20,000 bases of DNA, taken from Chiloscyllium plagiosum. Its lineage: Eukaryota. This document shows, in pieces, positions 9,890 through 20,000 of the stretch. The notes beneath the pieces were generated by a model. The model was given only the letters and a program-made list of their open reading frames with translations. It was not told where the DNA came from and made no database searches. A program made the position numbers and the translations under genes. The stretch lies in assembly GCF_004010195.1 (NCBI RefSeq), contig NC_057720.1:2872969-2892968 (forward strand), in the 5' to 3' direction. Within the stretch, counting starts at the first letter, position 1. Every line of letters begins with the position of its first letter.

Positions 9890-10345
9890 AACAACAGCTT
9901 GCATTTACCTAGCACTGCTAACCCAATAAAATATCCCGAGGCACCTCAAGTACTAAGCCACAATGAGCTCCTAAAACATGATGGGCAGTTTCAGCGAAGA
10001 GGTGGGTTTTAAGGGGACTGTGTAAAGGAGGAATAGACAGAGGTGAATTCCACCGCCTGGAGCCCAGCACCTGAAAGCCCAGTCACCGACGGTGCCCCAA
10101 TAAAACAGGCGATGCTGACAAGGTCAGAATAGGTGCAAAGGTCTTACAGGGTTTTAGAGTCACAGCAGTTACAGAGATTGGGAAGGTCAAGGGGCTGGAG
10201 GAGGTGACTGAGATAATGAGGGATGTAGGAGCTGGAGGAGGTGAGAAAGATTGGGAAGGTCCAGGGGCTGGAGGAGGGTATAGAGATAAAGAGAGTCTTG
10301 GTCTGTAAATAAAAGTAAGAAATTTAAAATCCCAACATTGGTGGA
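9890..10345 (-). mobile_element. Old L2-like LINE 3' end with an internal ~33-bp minisatellite (about 10173-10290)
   Basis: Tail aacaacaacagcttgcattta; recurring unit gagattgggaaggtc.aggggctggaggagg. Confidence 0.65.
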
Positions 10346-10630
10346 ATAGAATCCCTACAGTATGGGAGCTGGCCAGTCAGCCCATACCAACCCTCCAAGG
10401 AGCATCCTAGTCAGACCCACCCCATCTTATTCCTGTATTTACCATGGTCAATCCACCCTAACCTGCACATCTTTGGACTGTGGGAGGAAAGTGGAGCACC
10501 CAGAGATACCCAGAGAGACACGGGGGAGAATGTGCAAACTCCACAGAGACAGTCACCTGAGGCTGGAATCAAACCCAGGTCCCTGGCGCTGTGAGGCAGC
10601 AGCGCTAACCGCTGAGCCACCGTGCCGCCC
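10345..10630 (-). mobile_element. HE1-type V-SINE (elasmobranch)
   Basis: Minus strand starts GGGCGGCACGGTGGCTCAGCGG (A box), then GGTTTGATTCC (B box); V-domain TGTGGAGTTTGCACATTCTCCCC; CR1-like tail. Confidence 0.92.
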
Positions 10631-11818
10631 TGTGTAATTCAATACTTACAGGAGAGGTGTACGTGGACTGTTTCCAATGAGCATGTTCACTTGGTCAAAA
10701 GCAGCGTGTGAAATCAGACACTGACCCTTGTAGCTTATTATGTAGAACATAGAACATTACAGCGCAGCACAGGCCCTTTGGCCCTCGATGTTGTACCGAC
10801 CTGTGGAACCAATCTGAAGCCCAGCTATCCTAGACAATTCCAATTTCATCCATATGTTTATCCAATGACCATTCAAATGCCCTTAAAGTTGGTGAGTCTA
10901 CTCCTGTTGCAGGCAGTGCGGACCGCACCCCTGCTACTCTCTGAGTAAAGAACCTACCTCAGATATCTGTCCTCTAGCTATTACCCCTCAATTTAAAGCT
11001 ATGTCTTCTTGTGCTAGCCATCAACATCCAAGGGAAAAGGCTCTCACTGTCCAACCTATCTAACCCTCTGATTATCATATATATCTCAACTAAGTCATCT
11101 GTCAACCTTCCTGTCCAACGAAAACAGCCTCCAGTCCCTCAGCCTTTCCCCATAAGACCTTCCCTCCATACCAGGAAACATCCTGGTAAATCTCCCCTGA
11201 ACCCTTTCCAAAGCTTCCACATCCTTCCTATAATGCGATGACCAGAACTGTACGCACCAGTATCTTGTACAGCTGCAGCATGACCTCATGGCTCTGAAAC
11301 TCAATCCTTCTACCAATAAAAACTAACACACAATATGCCTACTTAACAACCCTATCAATCTTGGTGGCAACTTTCAGGGATCTATGTACATGGACACCGA
11401 GATCTCTCAGTTCATCTACACTACCAAGAATCTTACCATTAGCCCAGTACTCTGCATTCCTGTTACTCCTTCCAAAGTGAATCACCTCACACTTTTCTGC
11501 AATAAACTCCATTTGTCACCTCTCAGCCCAGCTCTGCAGCTTATCTAAGGCCCTCTGTAACATACAACATCCTTCGTCACTATCAACAACTCTACCGATC
11601 TTAGTGTCATCCGCAAATTTACTAACCCTCCCTCTATGCCTTCATTCTGCCACCTCCAAAACGACATCGCATCATCGTCCGACACTTCCGTCACCTCCAA
11701 ATGAACCCACCACCAAAGATATATTTACCTCCCTACCCCTATCAGCGTTCCAGAGAGACCATTCCCTCCACGACTCCCTCATCAGGTCTACACCCCCACC
11801 AGCCCACACCCCACTCCT

Positions 11819-12259
11819 GGCACCTTTCCCTACCACCGCAGTAAGTGCAAAACTTGTGCCCACACCTGCCCCCTCACCTCCATCCAAGGCCCCAAGGGAT
11901 CCTTCCATATCCATCAGAAATTTACCTGTACCTCTATCAATGTCATCTACTGCATCTGTTGCACCTGGTGTGGTCTCATCTACATCGGGGAGACAGGATG
12001 CTTTCTTGTGGATCATTTCAGAGAATATCTCTGGGACACCCACACCCACCAACCCCACCGCCCCGTGGCTGAACACTTCAACTCCCCGTCCCACTCCGTC
12101 AAGGACATGCAGCTTCTGGGCCTTCTCCATCGCCAAACCATTACCACCCGATGCCTGGAGGAGGTACACCTGATATTCCACCTTAGGACCCTGCAACCAG
12201 ATGAGATTAATGTGGATTTCAACAGCCTCCTCATTTCCCCTCCCCCCACATCATCCTAG
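11819..12259 (+). pseudogene. PLE GIY-YIG endonuclease remnant, stop-free but lacking its N-terminus
   Basis: GTFPYHRSKCKTCAH...FTCTSINVIYCICCTWCGLIYIGETGCFLVDHFREYL...VAEHFNSPSHS...LEEVHLIFHLRTLQPDEINVDF; frameshifts upstream. Confidence 0.9.
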
Positions 12260-12459
12260 TGCCCAAGCCTCCAACCTGGCAGTGTTCTCTGGACCTGTCC
12301 ATCACTCCCCTCTCTGACCATCACTCTCCCCACCCCCACCCCCACCACCAACCTATAACCTTCTCCCTCACCTTCATCCACCTATCACTTTCTCAGCTAC
12401 CTTCCCCCCCAACCCACCCCCATCCCATTTATCTCTCAGCCCACTGGCCGACAGGCCTC

Positions 12460-12495
12460 ATTCCTGATGAAGGGCTTATGCCCGAAATGTCAATT
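12460..12495 (+). ncRNA. Minimal hammerhead motif in the PLE pLTR
   Basis: AUUC-CUGAUGA-A-GGGC-UUAU-GCCC-GAAA-U-GUC-AAUU; C>U change in stem III relative to the 1352-1384 copy. Confidence 0.8.
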
Positions 12496-13409
12496 CTCCT
12501 GCTGCTCGGATGCTGCCAGCAACTTACTCTCAACTTGATAAAGCTCCAGACCTGCAGTCCTCACTTTCTCCTATGCCCTCATCCAGGTCATTTATAAAAA
12601 TGACAAACAGCAGTGGACCCAAAACAGATCCTTGCGGTCACCCCCTAGTAACTGAAATCCAGGATGAACATTTCCCATTAACCACCAACCTCTGTCTTCT
12701 TTCAGCTAGCCAATTTCTGATCCAAACCATGGACTCGCCCTCAATCCCATGCCTCCGTATTTTGTACAATAGCCTACCATGGGGACCCTTATCAAATGCC
12801 TTACTGAAATTCATAGACACCACATCAACCGCTTTACCCTCATCCACATGTTTGATCACCTTCTCAAAGAACTCAATAAGGTTTATGAGGCAGGATCTAC
12901 TCTTCACAAAACCGTGTTGACTGTCCCTAATCAACTTATTCCTCTCCAGATGATTATAAATCCTTTCTCTTATAACCTTTTCCAACACGTTACCCACAAC
13001 GAAAGTAAGGTTCATTGGTCCATAATTTCCAGGGTTGTTTCTACTCCCCTTCTTGAACAAGCGAAAAAAATTGCTATCCTCTAGTCTTCTGACACTATTC
13101 CTGTAGACAATGGCAACATAAAGATCAAAGCCAAAGGCTTGACAATCTCCTCCCTAGCTTCCTGAGAATCCTAGGATAAATCCCATCTGGCCCAGAGGAC
13201 ATATCTATTTTCACACTTTCCAGACTTGCTGGGACCTTCTTATGCACCTCAATGCTATCTAGTATAGCAGCCTGTATCTCAGTATTCTCCTCAACCATAT
13301 TGCCATTTTCTAGAGTGAATACTGACGAAAAATATTCATTTAGCATTTCCCCTATTTCCTCTGACTTCACGCACGACTTCCCATACTGTCCTTGATTGAC
13401 CCTAATCTT

Positions 13410-15350
13410 AGAACATAGAACAGTACAACACAGAACAGGCCCTTCAACCCTCGATGTTGCGCCGACCTGTGAACTAATTTACGCCCATCCCCCTACACTA
13501 TCCCATCACCATCCATGTGCTTATCCAAGGATTGTTTTAATGCCCCTAATGTGGCTGAGTTAACTACATTGACAGACACGGCCATTCTGAGTGAAGAACC
13601 TGCCTCTGACATCTGTCTTAAATCTATTACCACTCAATTTGAAGCTATGTCCCCTCGTACAAGCAGATGTCATCATTCCTAGGAAAAAGATTCTCACTGT
13701 CCACCCTATTAAATTCCTTGATCATCTTGTATGTTTCTATTCAATCCCCTCTTAACCTCCTTCTCTCTAATGAGAACAAACCCAAGTCCCTCAGCCTTTC
13801 CTCACAAGACCTTCCCTCCAGACCAGGCAGCATCCTGGTAAATCTCCTCTGCACCTTTTCCAATGCTTCCACATCCTTCCTGTAATGGGACGACCAGAAC
13901 TGTACACAATATTCCAAGTGAGACCGTAGTAGCGTTTTGTCCATTTGGAGCATGACATCATGGCTCCAGAACTCAATCCCTCTACCAATGAAACCTAACA
14001 CACTGTATGTCTTCTCAACAGCACTATCCACCTGGGTGGCAACTTTTAGGGATCTATGTACATGGACACCAAGATTCTCTGCACATCCACACCACAAAGA
14101 ATCTCTCCATTGACCCAGTACTCTGCCTTCCCATTATTCTTCCCAAAGTGAATCACCTCACATTTAGCTGCATTGAACTCCATTTGCCACCCTCTCAGCC
14201 CAATTCTGCAGTTTATCCAAGTCCCCCTGCAACCTGTAACATTCTTCCATACTGTCCACCACTCCACTGACTTTAGTGTCATCTGCAAATTTACTAACCC
14301 ATCCACCTATGCCTGCGTCCAAGTCGTTAATAAAAATGACAAACATTAGTGGTCCCAAAACAGATCCTTGTGACACACCACTAGTAACCGGACTCCAGGC
14401 TGGATATTTTCCATCAACCACCACTCGCTGCCTTCTTTCAGAAAACCAGTTTCTGATCCAAATTGCTAAATCACCTTCAATCCCAATTCTCAACATTTTC
14501 TTCAAAGGTCTACCATGTGGAACATTATCAAATGCTTTACTAAAGTCCATGTATGCCACGTCAACTGCCCTACCCTCATTCACATGCTTGGTCACCTTCT
14601 CAAAAGGCTCAATGAGGTTTGTAAGACACGACCTGCCCTTGAAGAAACCATGTTGACTATCTCCAATCAAATTGTTGCTTGCTAGATGATTATAAACCCT
14701 ATGTCTTACAATTCTTTCCAAAACTTTTCCTACAACATATGTAGAGCTTTATAAATACCTGGGTCATCTCTACTGCCCTTCTTGAACAAGGGCACAACAT
14801 TTGCAATCCTCCAATCCTCTGGTACTAAACCTGTAGACAATGACAACTCAAAGATCAAAGCCAAAGGCTCCACCATCTCCTCCCTAGCTTCCCAGAAGAT
14901 TCCCGGATAAATCCCATCCGGCTCAAGAGACTTATCTACTTTCACACCTTCTAGAATTGATAACACCTCCTCCTCACTAATCTCAATCCTTTCAAGTCTA
15001 ATAGCCCATATCTCAGTTTTCTCCTCTACAATATTCTCCTTTTCCTGAGTGAAAACAGATGAGAAATATTTATTTAGCACCTCTCCGACAAGTGATACAA
15101 CTTCTTTCGTAAACCACAGATCCCTTACCTTATCACTTCCTCCCTGCCTGACAGGGACATACCTATCAAAGACACGCAATATCTGTTCCTTAAACCAGCT
15201 CCACATTTTGATTGTTCCCATCCCCTGCATTTTGCTGCCCCATTCTATGCCTCCTAAGTCTTGCCTAATCACATTATAATTGACAGTCCCCATCTATAAC
15301 TCCTGTGCTGTGGCATGTACCTGTCCCTTTCCATCGCTAAACTAAAAGTT
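13410..15350 (-). mobile_element. CR1 copy nested in the host CR1
   Basis: Own tagaacatagaac tail; RT motifs YMDFSKAFDNVPH, GVSQGSVLGPLMF, SKFADDTK. Confidence 0.95.
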
Positions 15351-15899
15351 ACTCCAGTAATTCTTTTCTTCCTGATATACCTATAGCTTATTTGTGAATC
15401 TAATTCCTTGGCAAAATGATATTTCCATTTAACAAGTTTTAGCATATCTTCTAATTTTTTTTGTGTTAAATCTGGGAGAAATCCAATGCAAATTTCTGTT
15501 ATAACAGCTGTGTCTGAAACAGTATAATCTTCTCATCGCAACATCATTCCAACTTCAATTCTGCCTGCGTGTCTTACTTTGTAAGAAGAACATCAACTCA
15601 AACGCTTCACAGATGTTAAATTTTACACTTTTATAAACTTGAATTCTACCTCTATTGTTGTGTTCTACTTTAACTTGAAAGGGTATACCATGAATCCTGC
15701 CCCACAGGCCGCCTCAAAATGAATAAAATCCCAGTGAGACCACCAAGATGTAAATTTACCAGGCTGACCGCCATTTGGGATACAGGAAATTCACACTAAG
15801 TTTTATCATTAACAGATAAATAACTATTTGTTAAATTAAGTTTAACAAAGGATGGAGAAAAGGAATGGTTTTTAATCTAATACTGTACAACTTAAACTA

Positions 15900-15998
15900 C
15901 AGAGGAACCTCAATTATCCGGCATTTGATTGTCCGAATATCGGATTATTTGGCAAGATTAACTGAACGAAATACTGCCCACCCGTGTCCGTCAGATAA
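15900..15998 (+). mobile_element. Tigger/pogo-like DNA transposon or MITE fragment
   Basis: TA|CAGAGGAACCTCAATTATCCG terminal repeat with internal (g/a)attrtccg repeats; right end incomplete. Confidence 0.6.
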
Positions 15999-16001
15999 CT
16001 A

Positions 16002-16026
16002 ACACACACACACACACACACACACA
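16002..16026. repeat. (AC)n microsatellite
   Basis: Read directly. Confidence 0.95.
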
Positions 16027-16039
16027 ATAAAGAAAACAA

Positions 16040-16336
16040 GGGGAGGGGACAGCCACATGGTATTATTGTTGAACTGTTAATCCAGAGACCCAGGTAGCTT
16101 TCTGGGGGCCAGGTTTCAAATCCTGCCCCAGCAGATGGTGGAATTTGAATTCAATAAGAGTCTAAAGATGACCATGAATCTATTTCCAATTGTCGGAAAA
16201 GCCCATCTGGTTTGCTAATTAGGGAAGGATATCTGCCAACCTTACCCAATCTGGCCGACATCTGGTTGATTCTTAACTAACCACTGGGCAATTTAGGACA
16301 GGCAATTGCCTAGCCAGCAATGCCCACATCCTGTGA
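16040..16336 (+). mobile_element. SINE family A
   Basis: B-box-like ggtttcaaatcc; cccatctggtttgctaat..agggaagg; tail gccagcaatgcccacatcc. Confidence 0.8.
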
Positions 16337-16337
16337 C

Positions 16338-16458
16338 TGAAGGGTTTTTGCCTGAAACGTCGATTTTTCCTGCTCCTCGGATGCTGCCTGACCTGCTGTG
16401 CTTTTCCACCACCACTCTCGACTCTGATCTTCAGCATCTGCAGTCCTCACTTTCACCT
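16338..16458 (+). mobile_element. PLE terminal module starting inside the HHR core
   Basis: TGA-AGGGT-TTTT-GCCT-GAAA-CGTC followed by the same tail as 3426-3553 and 12490-12570. Confidence 0.85.
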
Positions 16459-16638
16459 AAAGAATAAAACAAGACAGTTTTACTTTGAGTAAGAATGTGG
16501 TCAGGCAACACAAAATTCCATAGCTCAAAAACCTGGATTTTGAGGATACGTTTGTTGGGTGAATAGTTGATCAGGTGGAGTGAGGTCTCGTTAACGTTAT
16601 TTATTTTAAGTCTCCTTGGTTTTCTGTCTATATCTCAC

Positions 16639-16687
16639 AGAGAGAGAGATAGTGAGGGAGAGAGAGAGAGTGAAAGTGAGGGAGAGA
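16639..16687. repeat. (GA)n-rich simple repeat
   Basis: Read directly. Confidence 0.85.
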
Positions 16688-17207
16688 TGGATGCTTTCTG
16701 TCCTCAAATTCTGGAGGTTTCTCTCTCTGCTGCCTGACACTTTGAGCTTTTAACACTATGCAGCTGAACCAGTGCCAGGACTGTTGTCAGGCAAAATTTC
16801 CTTATTCACAAGTCTCTTGGTGCCTCTCAGTCTCGAATTCTCTCAAAAAAGCAACACTGAATTACACCGCCCAAAAAATGTAGCCTTTAATTTTCAAGTT
16901 GCAAAACTATCCTGATATTTCAGTTTGAGCAGTTCCTAAATTCCTTATCCATCTACAGTTCCAAAAGAGGAAAAATATGTAATCTCTTCCAAATGCCTGT
17001 AACTAAGAGAGGAATTGAGTAGTGACTCCTCGAGTAGGAAATGTGATGAAGAAGGTGGGAGCTAACATTTTGAAATTACGACTGTGGGTTCACATTGGGA
17101 GATAAAGTCAGTAATCTGTTTGTGTAGAGTTGGATCTCACTCTGTGCCATGATGCTGTGTTGGGGGTGGGGTCATTTCTAATGCATTTGCATCCAATGAA
17201 TATTCAA

Positions 17208-17880
17208 AGAATCCCTGTATGGCTACAGTACAGAAACCATTTGGTCCATCATGTCTGTTCTGGTGCCTCACCTCTGCCTTCTCCTGTTCCTCTTCACTTC
17301 CTCCCTTTTCTGATCCCAATCCAATTCTCTGCTGAGTTTTTGGGTTGACCATGCCTCCATCACACTCTCAGGCAGTGCATGCCAAGTCCCAAGTACACAC
17401 TTTGGTCAAAGTATTCCTCTTCCTGCCGCCACTGCATCTTTTGCCAATTACCTGAACCTTGTGCCCTCCTGTGTTGTTGATCCTTCTCCCAATGGGAAAT
17501 ATTTTTCTCTTCTCTTTTCTGAATAGATAAAATCTCCTCTCAACCTTCTTTTTTCTAAGGAGGACAGTGTGAATTATGCTGAACGGTCCTCATAACTGAT
17601 GATCCTCATACTGGGAGCATTCCCTGAATCTTTCCTGCACCCTGCCCAATGCCTTCCCATTCTTCCTGAAATGGATTCCTCAGAAGGAAGATTCCAGATG
17701 AGCCCAAACCAAGGTTTAATACAAGGTCACCATAGGCTCCCTGCTCTTGTACTCTGTGCCCTATTTATAAAACCAGGATACTATCAACTTTATTAACCTC
17801 TTTGTCTATCTGTCCTGCCACCATCAATGATGTATGCACACACAGGTCCTACACTCCCTCTTTATCCCCTAGAATAATAG
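17208..17880 (-). mobile_element. Old CR1 3' fragment
   Basis: Degenerate CR1 tail and ORF2 end (aaatctcctctcaaccttcttttttctaaggag; atctttcctgcaccct). Confidence 0.75.
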
Positions 17881-17899
17881 AATGTTATGTTTTATTGTG

Positions 17900-18070
17900 A
17901 ACGGAATTGAATGCAAGAGTAGGGAGAGGGTTATGCTTCTTTTGTACACATGCTGGTGAGGCTACATCCAGAGTCCCGTGCACAGGACTGGTTCCCTTTC
18001 CTAAGGAAGGATGGACATGCATGGGACGCAGATCAGAGAAGGTTCAATATCCTGGGCTGGGTGAGGACAT
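17900..18070 (+). mobile_element. Old CR1 ORF2 fragment
   Basis: ggaattgaatgcaagagtaggga (GIECKSR)...ctggtgaggctacatccagag. Confidence 0.65.
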
Positions 18071-18080
18071 GTTGGCCAGG

Positions 18081-18178
18081 ATAAGACAATAGACAATAGG
18101 TGCAGGAGTAGGCCATTCTGCCCTTCGAGCCTGCACCACCATTCAATATAATCATGGCTGATCATTCCTAATCAGTAT
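18081..18178 (-). mobile_element. CR1-type 3' tail running into the assembly gap
   Basis: agacaatagacaataggtgcaggagtaggccattctgcccttcgagcctgc. Confidence 0.8.
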
Positions 18179-18473
18179 NNNNNNNNNNNNNNNNNNNNNN
18201 NNNNNNNNNNNNNNNNNNNNNNNNNNNNNNNNNNNNNNNNNNNNNNNNNNNNNNNNNNNNNNNNNNNNNNNNNNNNNNNNNNNNNNNNNNNNNNNNNNNN
18301 NNNNNNNNNNNNNNNNNNNNNNNNNNNNNNNNNNNNNNNNNNNNNNNNNNNNNNNNNNNNNNNNNNNNNNNNNNNNNNNNNNNNNNNNNNNNNNNNNNNN
18401 NNNNNNNNNNNNNNNNNNNNNNNNNNNNNNNNNNNNNNNNNNNNNNNNNNNNNNNNNNNNNNNNNNNNNNNNN
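18179..18473. other. Assembly gap (295 N)
   Basis: Run of N. Confidence 1.
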
Positions 18474-19215
18474 CTGGGGGAACACAGCAAGCCAGGCAGC
18501 ATCAGGAGAGACAGGCAGGAGGCTGGGGGAACACAGCAAGCCAGGCAGCATCAGGAGGTGGAGAAGTCGACGTCTCAGGTGTAACCCTTTTTCAGGCTTG
18601 GGCGTGGGTGGCAGGGGAGCTGCAGATAAAGTGGGGGGGTGGGTGGAGATTGAGTGGGGAGGGGATGGTAGGGTGGTGAGGTAGGGATAGGTAAACACAG
18701 GTAGAAGATACCGCCTGGTTGGTCGATGGGAGAAGTGAATCCAGTTGGTGGCTGGAAGGAAGGGATGGCCAGAGGAACAGGGGTGGGGGATGTTGGGTGC
18801 ATTTGGGGAGGAGCTGGGAAGGGAGTCGGAGGTGGGAAGGGGGGTTATTTGAAGTTAGTGTACTCAGTGTTGAGTCCTCCAGGCTATAGGCTGTCCAGGC
18901 GGAAGATGAGGTGTGGTTCCTCCAATTTGCAGTTAGGATCGTTGTGGCAATGGATGAGGCAAAGATGGTCATGTTGGAAAGGGGAATTAAAGTGGGTGGT
19001 GACTGCTAGGTCAGGGTGGCCCCTGTGGGACCCACTGAGATGCTCGCAGAATGTGCTCTGAGTTTACGTTTGGTCTCCCCGATGTAGAGACTGGTGTGGG
19101 GGTAAGTGAGGACAATGAGGACCCTGTCTTTAATGCATTTGGTGGGGGCGGTTTTAGAGCAGTGGAGGGGTAGAGGGCTGTCTGGGTGACGGGGGCACAG
19201 AAAGCATGTTGTTCA
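18474..19215 (-). mobile_element. Decayed PLE 3' portion (GIY-YIG C-terminus plus pLTR with mutated HHR at about 18565-18596)
   Basis: Minus strand KLEEPHLIFRLDSL*PGGLNTEYTNF; motif CUGAAAA-AGGGU-UAC-ACCU-GAGA-CGUC. Confidence 0.85.
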
Positions 19216-19221
19216 AAACCT

Positions 19222-19430
19222 GCATCCTCCATTGCCAGAGCGAATCAGATCACAAATTGGAGGAACAACCGCCTGGGCAACCTTCAGCCCGGAGGACTCA
19301 ACATTGAGTTCTCCAATTTCAAATAAGCTCCCTTCCCATTCCCCCCTCCTGTCCATTCCACTGACTGACCCTTCCTTCCAGCCACCAACTGCTTTCACTT
19401 CTTCCATAGACCAACCAGTAGGTACCCGCT
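19222..19430 (+). mobile_element. Inverted partial copy of the same PLE region
   Basis: aaattggaggaac..ggaggactcaacattgag..ccttccttccagccaccaactg mirrors about 18700-18960. Confidence 0.85.
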
Positions 19431-20000
19431 ACCTCAGGGAGGGGCCATACTGGACCTGGTGTTGGGGAATGAGCCCAGCCAGGTGGTTGAAGTTTCAGTG
19501 AGGGATTACTTTGGGAATAGTGATCACAATTTGATAAGTTTTAGAATACTCATGGGCAAAGATGAGAGTGGTCCTAAAGGAAGAGTGCTAAAATGGGCAG
19601 ACAGCCAACTATAGCTAAATTCAGTAGGAGCTGGGGAATGTGGATTGGGAGCAGCTGTTTGAGGGTATATCCACATTTGATATTCGGCAGGCTTTTAAAG
19701 ATAGGTCGATTAGAGTTCAGGATAGACATGCACCTGTGAAAATGGGGGATAGAAACTGCAAGCTTAGGGAACCATGGATGACAGGTGAAATTATGAGACA
19801 AGATAAGAAGAAAAAGGAAGCATACATAAGATCTAGGAGACTGAAAACAGACAAAGCTTTGGAAGAAAATTGGAAATGCAGGACCAATCTGAAACAAGGA
19901 ATTAAAAGGGATCATGAGGGAAAGTCTCAGATACAGTCACATAGATGGGTTAACTCCAGGAAGGGTGAGAGAGGTCGACACCTAGGGCAGGAGTCTTTTG
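19431..20000 (+). mobile_element. CR1 ORF2 endonuclease-end fragment; 19913-20000 is probably a different CR1 segment
   Basis: EGAILDLVLGNEPSQVVEVSVRDYFGNSDHNLISF (APE SDH motif). Confidence 0.88.

Larger units (their letters stand above)
11646..12570 (+). mobile_element. 5'-truncated Penelope-like element (GIY-YIG domain plus 3' pLTR) nested in CR1
   Basis: TSD ctatgccttcat (11634-11645) / ctatgccctcat (12571-12582); linker SAFQRDHSLHDSLIRS; GIY-YIG domain; HHR. Confidence 0.93.
10743..15383 (-). mobile_element. CR1 host copy (10743-11645, 12571-13409, 15351-15383) carrying two nested insertions
   Basis: (tagaaca)n tail; RT remnant DSQHGFVKSRSCLINLIEFFE; TSD tagcttattatgt (10731-10743) / tagcttatttgt (15384-15395). 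Confidence 0.92.

Noticed and set aside
10560..10630. tRNA gene
   Set aside because: tRNA-derived head of the HE1 SINE, continuous with the SINE body.
11604..12196. 189-aa Pro/Thr-rich and 174-aa Gly/Val-rich ORFs
   Set aside because: Alternative and antisense frames of the C-rich PLE sequence.
14164..15293. Long RT-like ORFs as functional genes
   Set aside because: Frameshifted, internally deleted CR1 ORF2 fragments.
18474..18557. 35-bp direct repeat (18474-18508 / 18523-18557), superficially CRISPR-like or a tandem pLTR
   Set aside because: Only two copies, part of the PLE tail and adjacent to an N gap; likely an assembly artefact or local duplication.
18152..18698. ORFs spanning the gap
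   Set aside because: Artefacts of translating N.

Overview
Eukaryotic, repeat-dense intronic DNA, most likely from a shark (inferred from the HE1-type SINE and from CR1 and Penelope families I recognise as chondrichthyan). The only host coding sequence found is two 54-bp, phase-0 Gly-X-Y collagen exons on the + strand (4525-4578 and 9562-9615); their peptides best resemble COL24A1 from memory. The rest is a nested mosaic of decayed CR1 and L2 LINEs, three kinds of tRNA-derived SINE, a Tigger-like fragment, a possible solo LTR, and Penelope-like element (PLE) pieces. Nearly all ORF-track entries are TE remnants or their antisense frames. The main unannotated signal is eight minimal type I hammerhead-ribozyme (HHR) motifs (CUGANGA-stem II-GAAA-short stem III-NUH), all in PLE termini. 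Several sit in 90-200 bp inserts, some TSD-flanked, whose 5' boundary falls at the ribozyme core; two of these are fold-back hairpins. One apparently intact HHR lies in sense orientation in the intron between the two collagen exons. Repeat boundaries were set by eye and are approximate.
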